Of a DNA stretch of 64,000 nt, positions 12,457 through 24,945 are shown one piece after another. Origin of the DNA: Carcharhinus amblyrhynchos (lineage: Eukaryota); NCBI GenBank assembly GCA_965287045.1, contig OZ336881.1, forward strand, positions 52,514,001 to 52,578,000. Reading direction: 5' to 3'. The position numbers and the translations under genes were made by a program. Every line of letters starts with the position of its first letter. Positions within the stretch are counted from its first letter, which is position 1. The notes under the pieces were generated by a model, which worked only from the letters and a program-made list of their open reading frames with translations, was not told where the DNA came from and made no database searches.

Positions 12457-15400
12457 TGGGTGGAATTTTAGGAGATCTTTCTTCTAAGCATTCTTCTAGT
12501 GTGGAAACGGGAGAGTTCCTGATTTATTTTTTGGGCAAGTTTTCACTCGCAATCTTATGAACTTAGAAATTGAAAGTATGGGCTAAATAATTTCGAGACA
12601 CTAAAGGCAGTGGGTAGGGCTTAACTCAGCTTGCAGCTCAGATCAGAGCCACAAACTGCGCATGCACAGAAAAAGCTAAAAACAGTGCTTCTCCTGACAG
12701 AACCCTCTTCACAGGCCAGATACCACCTCTCCCTCCCCAGACTCCTCCCAACATTACTGACCTCCTTACACTCCTTCCCCACCAGGGCCTCCTTCCACAA
12801 GGCCCTCTTATCACCTCCCCTCCCGTACTCTCCAGTCCCAACGGCTGCCTGACACGTCCCTCTCTCTCCCCTGCCCCTGGTCATCACATCCCACCGCTGC
12901 ACGCCCCCCCCCCCCCCCCACCTCCCCCACCTGAGTTTCCGATGATCTTGCCAGGTGGTGGAAGGAAGACGGAACACCCTCTTCCCCCTTGGTGCCATCC
13001 CAGGGGAAGGGATGGAAATGCAGCCTGGGAGGCATTGGCAGCATGTGTTAGTGCCAGGGCACTAGCCAGGAGGACTGGAAAGCAGCGCTGGAAGAAACTG
13101 AATGACCTCATCTGGGTGGCAAGGTGAGTGTTAAAACTAATGTAGCATCTTCCTCTAAATGACCCTCATATCTCCCCACTCCCAGCATGCTTCCAGCCTA
13201 GCACTTCCTTCCAACCGCCCCTCCCCCAAGAGTCTCTCAATCCTTCTTGTCAGTGGGCCAACCCCCTGAAACCCTCTAGGACTCATGCCATCAGATCTTT
13301 CATGGCGGCTTGTCCCCACAGGGGAAGAATGCCCATAACTGTCAGGAGAGGGTGAAAACAGGGGGTGGTGTGCCCAAGATCCTATTCCTCACCCCCTTTA
13401 AGGAGCGGGCACTGGAGTTTGCAGGAAAGGAGGGGATGTGGACCATTAGTGACAGCACAGTCGGGCTGGAGAATAGAAGTGAGCACCTGCCAATCCTCCA
13501 CTCATTGGAGATATCTGAAGTGAGTTGCATACAGCCCAGATTCCTATCCCTCCCTTGCACTTAACCTTGTGTCCTGTGTTGCAGTAAGGGACCTTGTCCC
13601 ACCTGGCCACCTGACATCGCAGTCCCCACTGCTGCTCCCACCCATCCTCCCCATGACAGCTTGGAAGATTCCCTGGAGCAAGGCAATGATGGCACCTCTG
13701 AAGCCAACAGTTTTGCTTCAGCTTCCAGTTCACCATCCCAGATATTCTCACGTCAGTGGTTCAAGTTACTGGTGTGGAATCTGAGTCACTCTGTGATGCG
13801 TATGATACATCTGCTGATGTTCTTCAGGTGGAGGAGGGGATATCCAAAGCCTCTGACAAGCAGGGGCCTACTGGAGGTGAGGACTCAGTTGGCCCCAGGC
13901 TACGTGCTGGGCCTCTGCGATCACTTCTCCCTCAGCTGCTGGAGATGCAGCAACAGAGCCTGGGAATGCAGGAGGGGCTGATGGCCACACTGGACCAACT
14001 GTGAGGCTCTTGGGAGGAGTCCTGAAGCTTTCAGGTGGACCAGCTATTGCCAAGCCAACACTGCAAGGGTGACGCCTGGAAAGCCTGATGCAGGAAATCA
14101 TCATCATGTGTGGCAGGATCCAAATGATGGCAGATCACAGCAGGCCACTGTGCAGTCCCAGAGGGTCACGGTGAAGTCCCAGAGGGCCACAGCCGAGGGT
14201 CTCCCGAGATTCTGCGGCCCATGGCTGAGAGGTCTAAGAGCTTGCAAGAGACCCAGCACACTGTCTATGGCTATGGTTTCAGCCCTTGAAAACGTCATTG
14301 AGAATCATGGCTGAGGGGTTGCAGAGTTTGCAGGAGACTCAGTGGGGCAGCACTGAGACACACAGTGCTGAGGCAGCGGCCTTTAAGAATGTGCCCAGCT
14401 CATAGAGAGGCATGGCTGAGGAGCTGCAGAGCTCTGAGGGCACTTGCTACTACCATTGATAGATGGCGCCCGACTCAGAGGGTCATCGCTGAAGTTCAAC
14501 CACTATGGCAAGGACACAGATGGTTTTCCAGGACTGGCAGGGCAAGGTGACACTGGAACTTCTGGAGCTCACTGTGCCAGGGGCTCACCAGAACCCTGAG
14601 GGAGGAGGAAGGGCTCAAGTCTATGCCAGGACCTTCCACCCAGAAGACTGTGGCAGTGGCTACACCTTCTGACTCCCCCTTCCTGACACTTGGGCATCTT
14701 AGGAGCAGTGGGATGAACAGGGTGGCATGGATACATATGTGAAACCTGTAAGCTGGCCAGGACCCTCAAGGTCCAGGCCCTCTAGAGGACGATTGCCAAG
14801 TGCATCACACGCCATGGGGTGTGGGCAGGAGATGGTCACCTCCAACTCTGATTTACATTTGAGGAGACACCGAGATGCAATGGTAGGCCACGTAAAGTTA
14901 AATTGTAGCAGCACTAAAATGGCACGGGTAAAGGAGTACACCAGTTAGATAGAATATTTAGGCACTTTAAAGTCTCACTTTCACATGTTATATATTAGCT
15001 GCACTTATTTTGATGGCATTTTTAGTGGCACTGATGAATGTTATTGCACCCCACGTTTGTGATTATTATAGATAAGCATTCAACAGGAATGTACTTACCC
15101 CGACCTTTGCCAGAGGGACCCTGCATGTTGACGTCAGCGGGAGAGGGCCCTCAGCATATCTCTACAATGAAAATCAAAGCCCTCAAATCAATCACTGGCT
15201 ACAGTGGGTGGCACGCGGTGGCAGTGACTTACAACGTATGCCATGGCATTTGCAAAACCAGCGAGACAGTCCCACCCCTCCACTCACCCCATGCGCCCTG
15301 AGGCCCTGCTCACTAATTGTGGTGATTGCATAAAAATGCAAATTGACGTTTTGGGTGGGGTCCCATTCGTGCTGATTTTTTTGTTGGTAGGATGGGAATA

Positions 15401-15489
15401 GGCAGCATTTCTGTCGGTCGGCTCAATCCCAATTTTACCATATTTTTATGCCAAAAAATACATGTGGTGAGGTCGTAAAATTCCACCCA
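12457..15489 (+). mobile_element. Non-autonomous PIF/Harbinger element with decayed intron-containing Myb/SANT-like gene
   Basis: Exon 1 AAWEALAACVSARALARRTGKQRWKKLNDLIWVAR then gtgagt (13124); exon 2 (13322-13478) GKNAHNCQERVKTGGGVP; downstream heptad-like repeats; 14-bp inverted pair TGGGTGGAATTTTA (12457) / TAAAATTCCACCCA (15476). Left boundary uncertain. Confidence 0.75.
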
Positions 15490-15490
15490 G

Positions 15491-15690
15491 TGTTTCGAAT
15501 GTGACTGACCCTTCTTCAGATTCCACCTATCCCTGACCTTCTATTCTGCTCCATCCCCTATCCAACTATATAACCCATCACGTTACTATCCCTCTTCAGC
15601 TCAGTCATTCAGACTTGAAACGTTAACTCTGTTTATCTCTCCACAAATGCTGTCAGATCTGCTGTTTATCCAGCGTTTTCCATTTCGTTC
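15491..15690. mobile_element. Penelope-like element terminal remnants in inverted arrangement
   Basis: gacttgaaacgttaactctgttt...ccacaaatgctgtcagatctgctg matches the terminus at 62360-62470; opposite-strand ctgaagaagggtca...cgaaac. Confidence 0.6.
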
Positions 15691-15857
15691 CTTGGAAATA
15701 GGTCAAGGTGCAAACAATTATGGTCAACCAAACAATTATGGTCAACCAAACATTTTTGTTGTATTTTCTGTCTATTTGTGTGGAATATTTGGAAACTATA
15801 TCTTTGCTGAAAGAAAGGGCATTAATGACAAAATTCAAGGAAATAGCTGAAAGTTGT

Positions 15858-16430
15858 ACCCATGTCCTGGGGACACCTTGGTAGTGCCAAGGGGGTGGGG
15901 ACTATGGGGCGGGTCCAGTTTGGAGCAGGGTCTGGGGGGTGATAACAGGGATGGGGGGGGATCCTGCTGCCACTTTGCTTTGGCATCCGCTAGGGGGCTG
16001 AAGGGAGGCCAGCGATTTGTGCGGGCTTGGGGGTGGGGGACATCATCACTCATGGGGGCGGGGGGGAGGGAGGGCTGGAGATCAGGGCGGACCAGGATGT
16101 GGGAGGTTTGGGGCAGGCCTGTGAATGGACAAGGGGCCGCAATCGGGCTGTGGGGGGGCAGTATTACGGGGGTCGCCCGAGCTGGCCAGCAAATTGCAGG
16201 CTGACCATGCAGTGCCACTGGGCATGTGTAGAGGCCCGCTTATTTCATCGTCTCCTGTGTGAATCGGCCCTGCCTTTTGAAATTTAATAATACTCATGTT
16301 GCCGACCTCTGGCTTGTACAGTGTGGGAGATTCTTCTCTGAGCTCCCATTATAAAATAAAAGCATGAATTACTCCAGGTTTCCCACAAATATGACACTTA
16401 GAACTTTTTGGGAGAACCGTCCTCTATATC
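15858..16430. mobile_element. GC-rich Harbinger-type MITE fragment
   Basis: G-run rich body and tttttgggagaacc terminus like other MITEs in the window; noncoding. Confidence 0.5.
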
Positions 16431-16749
16431 TTCATTTAAACCAGGGCCATCAATGACAAAATTCAAGAAAATAGCTTAGAGTTGTTGTGGAGCCTGAAAA
16501 ACCTGTGAGGTGTAATCAGTGTACACAATAAAAATAACATCACTGCTGACTCCAGATTAATCGCTATAATCCTGGGTACAACAGCTCCAATCCAGCCCCT
16601 TCCTCCAGCTGCATTCACAGTTGCGTTCACGGATTATTCATGTAAAATATTTTGGAAAGAAAGAAAATACTAAAGGAAAAGTTTTTAAACTCATGTTTAT
16701 AGGGAGTACGGATGGAGAAACTTGTGGTTTAATGATAAATTAAACAGAC

Positions 16750-16965
16750 GTTGCTGAGCTCAGACAGGTTCATGAAATCCAAGCCCCATTCTTGGATTTA
16801 AGCATATAATTTAGATTAACATTTCAACGCACTACTATGAAGAGAACACCAAGTTATTGGAGTGACCATCTTTTGAAAGAGACATCAAAATATGATCTAT
16901 CTGCTGTTGGGGTAGATGGTAAAAGTCCAATATCAACTCTTGAAAAACAGAGGCAACTTTTCCTT
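16750..16965 (+). mobile_element. Decayed DeuSINE (SacSINE1/AmnSINE1-like)
   Basis: tRNA-like head remnant and Deu-domain remnant (ttttgaaagagacatcaaaa...ggtagatggtaaaagtcca). Confidence 0.5.
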
Positions 16966-16969
16966 TCTT

Positions 16970-17060
16970 TCACCTGAAGAAGGAGCAACACTCTGAAAGC
17001 TGTTGCTACCAAATAAACTTGTTGGACTTTAACCTGGTGTTGTGAGACTGCTTACTTTGT
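16970..17060 (+). mobile_element. Penelope-derived terminal repeat with degenerate hammerhead motif
   Basis: tcac-CTGAAGA-a-ggagc-aac-actct-GAA-agct followed by the family tail aaataaac...ggactttaacctggtgttgtgagac. Confidence 0.75.
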
Positions 17061-17317
17061 ATACATTTCCAGAGAGACTGCACAGCAATAAGCAGGATAG
17101 GAAAATCAGTTGTATCAAACACAATCAGAGATTCATAAAATTGAGTCACTATTTTTCACGCAGGTACGGACTAGTAGCCCACCACAATGAAATAAACCAA
17201 AATAAGGAAATTAGAAACATCATTTTGTACGATGTGGCAAAACATGCATTAATGATGTGAAAGAAGGAAGATTATAGCAACACTGCGTCGACTATTGCAA
17301 TACAAATATCATCACCC

Positions 17318-17590
17318 TTGGCATTGTGGCATGATGGGTAGCACTCATGCCTCATAGCGTGAGGGACCTGGATTCAATTCTGGCCTTAGTCACTGTCTGT
17401 GTGAAATTTGCACATTCTTGCCGCATCTGTGTGGGTTTCCTTCTTTGCACCGGTTTCCTCACGCAGTGCGAACATGTGCTAAAATTGCCCCTTACTGATA
17501 GGGGAATATATATGGTTACGGGGATGGCACCTCACTGGGATTGTTGATGATGCCAAATGGCCTCCTTCTACACTGTAGGAATTTGATGAT
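17318..17590 (+). mobile_element. HE1-type V-SINE, decayed
   Basis: tRNA-like head (A/B box remnants), V-domain, tail ggcctccttctacactgtagg. Confidence 0.8.
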
Positions 17591-18784
17591 CAGCAGGTTA
17601 CTGGATGAATTAAGGTAACAATAAACAACTTTTGCCACACAAATATTAAAACATATCTACAATGTATTTATAAACTAAATAGTACATAATTATTAAACAA
17701 GAATTTTTCACTTATTCCTCATTATATCTGATGCAGAAAAATCTTTAATAGGTTAAATAGCTTATACACATTTGTTAGCTAAATGATGGTTCTCCACACA
17801 TAGAATAATCTGCAAATTATATGTTTACATCGTGCTTACTTTTCTATCACTGACATTATTTGAAGATGAAAGTTCTGCAGAACTAAAAGCATAAATAAAG
17901 AGGGTGCCTTGGCTTTTGTATCAGTGAGGCAACCATAAACAATGTATTGTATGTTAATCCAAAAGAAATGGTTTAGCAAACGATATTATAAGAAGGAATA
18001 ACTGTTTCTAAAGTATGTTGTATCAATAGTTTTACAGACACTTCAAATATGAAAGAAAAAGTAAGCTAACATTGGCTATCTTGTTTTACACTAAATCAAA
18101 AATGCAGCAATAATCTGGTAAAATTACTTTGCATTCAAAAATGTTTTAAAATAGCAATACTGCCCATATTAGATGTTCAAAATTATTATTTCTTTCAGAG
18201 GGACTATTCAATATTTGAGTAAGCGGATGTTATTAGTTATAGGCATTAGATGAATCTTACTTGATTTTGTTAAGAGCTGGGAAAATAGGCACAGCTTTTC
18301 ATTGGTGAGCGTACTTGAGGCACTTATGACTGTGCGGTAGATGAGATAAAAGGTTCAATAATACATTTACAACATGACAATGTTGCATTGTAATGCTGAC
18401 ACTGCCCTTAACAGGATCACATCATTTTTAAAAAAAGAAATGAAAGTAGCTTTCTCAATACTCCTAAATCTAATTCAATCTGTCAGAATTAAAAAGACAA
18501 GGACTATTAGATCAAAAGCTTTTTGAGATATTAAATAAAACGTGGTGGACTTTTATTAACCAATATTAAAGAAAACAGAAGTGAGGGAAATTGCCAAAGA
18601 AATTAAATGTATTTGATGTGTTTGAGAATTGGGGTTTGGGGATACGTGCAGTTTACATGGTTTCCAAAGTTACATGTTAATCAGAATTTGACTACATTGG
18701 TATTCTTCCAACACTATAAGTGTTTCAAAAGTTGATTTTTGCTAAATGTCTTATTTGAAACCCTGAAAACATCAAATGGAACAT

Positions 18785-19690
18785 AGGGAGCAATTTTCTG
18801 GTCTTGTCACGTCTGACGCAGATCCTGGAAAATAGCATGCGGGCCTAAAAACCGGTTTTGTGCCCAGTGCTAAATAGTTTGCAATTATCCTGTTCTCTTT
18901 CTACTAGCACAGGCCAGATTGTGCCCCTATGCATCACTCCTTCGAAGCTGGATTCCCCCAACTTCCGGAATGTTCTGACTCTCAGGCACAGTGCCAGACT
19001 GTCGAGAATCATTACTCAGGTGTGACAGCCATACCAGAGGGTTCAGAGACAATTAAAGCTCCTGGATGGTTGAGGATACGGCTGGGCAGTGCACAACAAG
19101 CACCTAACAGTGTCAAACTGTTACACTAACAATATCAATTGGGCACTGCCAGTGTGCCGGGGCAGTGGCAAGGGGCTGGGCCTGAGCGGCTGATATGATG
19201 GGGGGAGGGGAGGTGCTAGGTGGGTGGGGAGCCGTGAAGTGGGGATCATGAGGTGGGGGGGGTTCATGAAGAGGTGGGGCAAGAAAGGAAGGCATGTTGG
19301 GGATCATGAAGACAGGGCCCCAATGCCTCGGTGCTGACAATCCATGTCAGGGAAGGTGTGTAGAAACGTACCGTTTGCTGATGTGGGAAGGAGGGGTAGG
19401 GAGAAGGGGTGCGAGGGAAGGGGTGTCCCAGAACACTGTGAGACCAGGGCGCCCTTTCAAAATGGTACCAATTGCTTTGCAGCTGAACTCATTGGTGTGT
19501 TTGGCACCCCCTTAGAACTGGCACACCCTCCCAAAAGTGACTGAGACACCCATCTGTCACTCATATTGACAGCAAGGAATAAAGTATTGACCAAATTTGT
19601 AAAGTCAACTCATTTGAACAGAATTCTAACCCATGGAACATGGGCAAAGGGAGCATGGACTGGAGGGAATTGATTATGGGCTGGAAAATC
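18785..19690. mobile_element. Harbinger-related MITE (about 900 bp)
   Basis: Left ~300 bp is homologous to the left end of the Myb-bearing element at 28147; GC-rich noncoding body. Confidence 0.6.
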
Positions 19691-19691
19691 C

Positions 19692-19850
19692 ATGATGTAG
19701 AGATGCCGGCGTTGGACTGGGGTAAACACAGTATGAAGTCACACAACACCAGTTTAGAGTCCAACCAGTTTATTTGATAGTAATCTTACAAGCTTTTGGA
19801 AACGGTGTTCCTTCGTCAGGTGCGTGGAAGGTTCTGATCAGAGAAGGGCA
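19692..19850 (-). mobile_element. Penelope-derived terminal repeat with degenerate hammerhead motif
   Basis: gatgtagagatgccggcgttggactgggg family; minus strand gcac-CTGACGA-a-ggaac-accg-tttcc-AAA-agct (core GAA mutated). Confidence 0.75.
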
Positions 19851-20403
19851 TATAGAGTAAAATTATTTTTTAGTTGAGGTTCAAAGGAAGGAATGTTTCA
19901 AAACTTGATCTTTTATTGGTGATGTGTTCCACAGGTAATGAAGGGCAACTTCCATCACAGCTAGGAGCAAATTAGGAAGATTCTTTTCTGCTAAGAGTGG
20001 ACTGCCAAATATATAACCGCTGCACATATTAACTTAAGGTCACAGCAGTAATGAAAATTGTGAGCTGCAATATTCTCAGGAAGGTAACATGCAAAGTGGC
20101 AACAGTTCTACATTCCTGACTTGGACTGAATCTAATGGCCATGAAAAGACAGCAGCAACACTGCCATGGCTATTTCCAGCAACCACAACAGGGTCAAATG
20201 TCAATCAGGCAATCTTAATTGGCGTCTGGGCAGCAAGGCTGTTCTCCCCCTTCCCCACCGCTGCCTTCATCTGCTGATCTGGTGGGGGTGGTGAGTTGGG
20301 AAGGTTATTGGGTCTCCATCCTGAGCTTTCCTGCACAATTAAATGTCCCCCCCAAGAAAGGCTAAAGCTCTCATACTGTAAGACAGGAACACTGAAGAAC
20401 TCT

Positions 20404-20705
20404 GGGCAGCACTGTGGCAACGATTAGCACTGCCCTCTGACAGCACCAGGGACCCAAGTTCGATTCCAGGCTTGGGTCACTGTCTGTGTGTTTTGTTTGT
20501 TTGGGTTTCCTCCAGGTGCTCCGGTTTCCTCCCACAGGCCAAAGATGTGTGGGTCAGGTGGATTGGCTATGCTAAATTTACCCCTTTGTGTCAGGGAGAC
20601 TAGCTAGTGTAAGTGCATGGAGTTATAGAGATAGAGCCTGGGTGCAATTGTGGTCAGTGCAGACTCAATGGGCTGATTGGCCATCTTTTGCACTGTAGGA
20701 TTCTA
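20404..20705 (+). mobile_element. HE1-type V-SINE
   Basis: Head ggcagcactgtggca...gttcgattcc, V-domain, tail gcactgtaggattcta. Confidence 0.85.
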
Positions 20706-20907
20706 ACTGTGCCATAAAGCAACAGTGCCAATAGAATAACTGAGGAGGAAATGGCCAGAAAGATAGCTGTTTGCTCTTTACGTTTCTAAGATGCCTTGTA
20801 TTGCATTTCCAGGGGAAAGCAGCTTCAGATGAACATAGTGAGGCTGAGGGAAAATAATTATTGTTTTTAAGATTCTAAAGGGACTGGAGAATGTATAAGA
20901 TGACACA

Positions 20908-21120
20908 CTGGGTGGAATTTTCCTCCCATTCCAGCGTGTGTTTTGTGGTGATGGGAGACAGCACATTGCCTGCTGGTCGTGGGATCTTATGGTCCCACCA
21001 TTGTCAATGGAGTTTCCCATTGAATGGACCCCTCGCTACTGGGAAACCCACAGGTGGGTATACATCACTGGCAGGACTGTAGGATCCCGCCAGGGTGAAT
21101 GGCAGAAAGATTTTGGCGAC
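20908..21120. mobile_element. Short Harbinger-type MITE
   Basis: gggtggaattttcc start, central gtcaatggagtttcccattga palindrome, imperfect inverted end; sister copy near 45064-45248. Confidence 0.55.
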
Positions 21121-21329
21121 TATTTCACCTTGTGTAGAACAGCAGAATTACACAACATGACTTACACTTTAAGTATGGCTAAACTCAAACCTAATTTGTA
21201 AATATTGTAGTCCTTTACTTGAAATATGTGTGAACTTTCTGGCAGCAAGTCTGCACAATATATGTCAAAGAAGTTGCTGCTGATTTACTTCCCAACTAAC
21301 TTTCCAATGTGTGTTTCAAAATTTATTAC

Positions 21330-23240
21330 CCCGGGGTAAAATCAGATTACGTCTATTTTGAGACACAGGGAGTCATGATTTAACTTTACTCTGTGCAGGG
21401 CTCAGTTGAGACAGAGAACACAAACTCAGTGCTACCTCCTTCATTCCACAATTTCAGTGTGTAGTGCAGTGTCAAACATGCTGCTGACTGGCTACAAGCT
21501 CAATAGGGGGTCAGGCCATCAGTATGTGTGGCTAGCATATATATGTAACTTAGCCTACACATTTCAAAGGCAGCTTGCACTTCTGGGAAGTTGCACTCAC
21601 TATACCAAAGCTAATACTAATTGTCTTTGTAGGAATTGAATGAAAGTTAAAGCATCCCAAATAGAATAACAGGTGGCTCTCAGCTTTCAGATCTTGCGCT
21701 GAAGTCCTCAGACGATCAATAGAAGGTGAAAGGTCATGCTTCCAAAAAGGGACTGGAGACTCTGAGAAGGGATTGGGATTAGGTATCATGGAGGTGTCTG
21801 GCCCTGAGCACCTAGTGGCTGTGCCACAAGAGGTTCAATGATCTCAAATGAACAGCCAAGGTTAGTGAATGCATCTTCACATGACACGGTCTATCCTCTG
21901 CACCATCAACCTCTCACAATGTTCAAAGCAGACCACATTACTTCCTACCTCCCTCCCTGCATTACTCACCCATCAGTAATCTCTGGCAATTAGGGTTCAG
22001 GTTTACCATTGAAATATTCCACCTTATTCTCTGACACACATCACAATGGTGCCAATGTCACAGCAACCTCTTGTTGGCTGCATTCCCAAACCTTCCGCTA
22101 TTCAGATTTGGCAGGCAGATTACCCAAATGTAATCACTGACATTCCTTCTTCTCTTGCATAATAAGATCACCCTTAAGAAAATAGTTCTTATTTCAGAAT
22201 TTAAATCAAAAAGTCATTGCAATGGGACACAGTAGATGGATTGAAAGGTGAGGAATTGTGGAGCAACTATGATGATTGCATAATATCCTTGGGGAATTAG
22301 AATCTTAGTATCTGTTCATGGACAGCCTAAAAGCTCCTTTCTGCTGCTTCTTCTTCCTCCTGATTTGTCTTCCAAATAGTTTTTCTCTGGTGGTCCAAAG
22401 ACAGTGGGAATGGCTGATTGTGTCAGGACAAAGGCACTGTGACCTCTTCCCAGAGAGCCAGCATTCACCGAGGTGATGTACTGTGCACAATCGCATACTG
22501 AGCGGATTGATGGAATGGTAGCCCTTATGGTTCCTCTATCTCTCTCCATTTACACACACGTTGACAGCTTCCTACACCATCGGGAATCCCTGAGCAGCTA
22601 GCGGCTGTGCCACAAGAGGTTCAATGATCTCAGACGAACAGCCAAGGTTAGTGAATCTTGGCGAAGCCATGTGCCTGCTCCTCCTGTTTCTCTCTGATAA
22701 GATGGAAAATGATGAACTCCTCTCTCCTGACATGCAGAGCTTCTATGCCCTCATCAACATCATGGTGGATGGCAAATTGTTGGCTATGTTGCCTGTCCCT
22801 GCCTGGAAGGACCTGTTTCCATGAGTGTTGAGGGTGATGGTGTCTTTCCAACAGACTTTGAAACTTTCTGCATGCAGGGCAGAAAACTCCTCTGACCTCC
22901 CTGTCAGGATGCAGCAATGATCCCTTCAGAGATCACCAAACCTCCTCTTCCAAAAACACACCACGGCACTTGCACAAACAGTGTAAGAGAATATAATTTA
23001 AACAAACCTCAGCTGCAAGTTAGGTGGTTAGTCCTTTAAATAACATTTAAGAAGAGTATCCATGGTGCAGCTCAGTTGCATGTTCAGGTGAGAGTGGTTA
23101 GGAGGCAGCGTTACCTTGATCTAGTGATTGTTTGATATCACATGGTGAAAGTCTCCAGAGCAGGCATGGCACACACACCCATGCCCTTATCAGCATGATG
23201 CACCAACAAGGCCACGGCAAAAGTGGCTAGAAACGGTGCA
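21330..23240. mobile_element. Decayed PIF/Harbinger transposon: Myb/SANT exon on plus strand, HARBI1-type transposase on minus strand (convergent)
   Basis: Plus 21660-21860 ...WLCHKRFNDLK*TAK then gttagt; minus 22390-22900 GSFQAG-like...EALHVRREEFIIF...QAHGFAKI/GFPMV...NHKGYHSIN...CD...GHSAFVL. Confidence 0.8.
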
Positions 23241-23458
23241 CTTGCCATTTTCTGTAACAACTGTCTTCATAGTGTCAACTCCAGTGCTGCAAGTTGGCTG
23301 GAATTTTCCTATCCTGGTGTTTTCCCCTGGCCTCAATAAAACTGTGTTTATTTTTTTTAAACTGATCTCGTGCTTTCTTCAAGCACTAAACTCAGTGGGG
23401 AGCAATACGTTTGATGACACTTGGCTGCTCCATAATGAGAGCTTCTTGACAAAACTGT

Positions 23459-23770
23459 AATCATACAATCACTACAGTACAGAAGGAGACCATTCAGACC
23501 ATTGAGTCTATACCAACCACAATCCCACCCAAGCCCTATCCCCATAACCGCACACACGTACCCTGCTAATCCACCTGACACTAAGGGGCAATTTAGCATG
23601 GCAAATCAACCTAACCTGCACATCTTTGGACTGTGGGAGGAAACCAGAGCACCCAGAGAGAATCCATGCAGACACGGGGGGGAATGTGTAAACTCCACAC
23701 AGACCTGAATTGAACCTGGGTCCTTGGTGCCGTGAGGCAGCAGTGCTAACCACTGTGCCATCTGATGCAC
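23459..23770 (-). mobile_element. HE1-type V-SINE
   Basis: Full head, V-domain and tail on the minus strand. Confidence 0.9.
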
Positions 23771-24024
23771 CTCCTTGTGCTAAGCTATGAAACTGTCCTG
23801 CAACTACTGGCTGCCTTGTGGCCCCTGAGGAAAATGAGGTGCGATTATTAAAACAATTATGAAGGATGGGTTTTAAAATACTTCCTTAAAAGCCTGGGAT
23901 CAGGTAGTGAAGCTGGTGCCTTTTGCATCATCAGCTCATGTACCCACTTGCCAGATGGATGAGCTGATAGACTAGCTTTGTCTTGGATATCATCAATTGC
24001 AGGGGTGGCAAAAGCCTAGGAAAT

Positions 24025-24355
24025 CTACAAAATTATGAGAGGTATAGACAAGGTGGATAGTCAGAGGCTTTTTCCTGAGGTAAAAGTGTCAATTACAAAG
24101 GGGGAAAATTTAAGAGAGATGTGCGGGGGAAGTTTTTCCACACAGAGTGGTGGATGTTTGGAATGCACTGCCAGAGGAGGTGGTGGAAGCAGGCACATGA
24201 GCAACATTTAAGAGGCACCTGGACAGGTACATAAATAGGGAGGGAATAGAGGGATACAAATTGAATAAGGACAGAAGGTTTTTTTTTAGTTTAGTTAGGG
24301 CATCATGGTCAGTGCAGGATTGGGGGAAGCTGAAGGGCCTGTTTTGTTTGTTCTT
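24025..24355 (+). mobile_element. CR1 LINE 3' fragment
   Basis: YKIMRGIDKVD...FFTQRVVDVWNALPEEVVEAG motif then 3' UTR gaagggcctgtt. Confidence 0.85.
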
Positions 24356-24639
24356 CATAACTCCCATGCACTTGAATAGTGCAAATGGATCCCCTGGGAC
24401 TTTGACACACATTGGATTCACAGTTGATCAAGGAAATTTGTAGTTAGTGCAGTAATGTAGCACTCAAATGTACTGAAAGGCAGATTTCCTCTATTTTTCA
24501 GTACAATAAAAACATTGTACTTTGTTACATGTGTTGAAGACAACAAAACATCCAGGGCTGTAGACCATGAAAGTATGCCCTGGGACATTAACAAATGAAC
24601 CCTTTGCGGCTTTTTTGTTGTCTGTGATTTTAATGTAAG

Positions 24640-24945
24640 TTAGGAAGAAAGAATTGCATCTGTACTGTGCTTTTCATGAGCTCCTGATGTTTCAAAATGC
24701 TCCAGAGCCAATTAAGTGCTTTTGATGCTTCAGTGGTTGCAGTTCAGTGCCAATCTGCCCACAGCAAGGCCCCACAAAACAGCAATGGGATAATGACCAG
24801 GTAAACTGTTTTAGTGATACTGGATCAGAGATAAATATATTGGCCAGGGGACTGGGGAGAACTCTTTCGCTCTTCTTCAAATAATGGGATCCTTACGTCC
24901 ACCTGAGAGGAAAAACGGTGTCTCAGTTTCAGTGTCTCATCCGAA
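24640..24945 (-). mobile_element. DeuSINE (SacSINE1/AmnSINE1-like)
   Basis: Minus strand ttcggatgagac...ctctcaggtggacgtaaggatccca...gaagaagagc...gttctcccc...ctggccaata, the Deu central domain, plus L2-type tail. Confidence 0.8.

Noticed and set aside
12942-14948. Possible domesticated MSANTD/NAIF1-like gene nested in the intron
   Set aside because: Frameshifts and stops, no intact start, and several divergent copies in the window point to decayed Harbinger elements.
15711-15752. 18-bp tandem duplication giving NNYGQP twice in an ORF
   Set aside because: Simple slippage duplication in an intron with no coding support.
22305-22317. tagtatctgttc, matching an internal U2 segment
   Set aside because: 12-nt match with no flanking similarity; compatible with chance.
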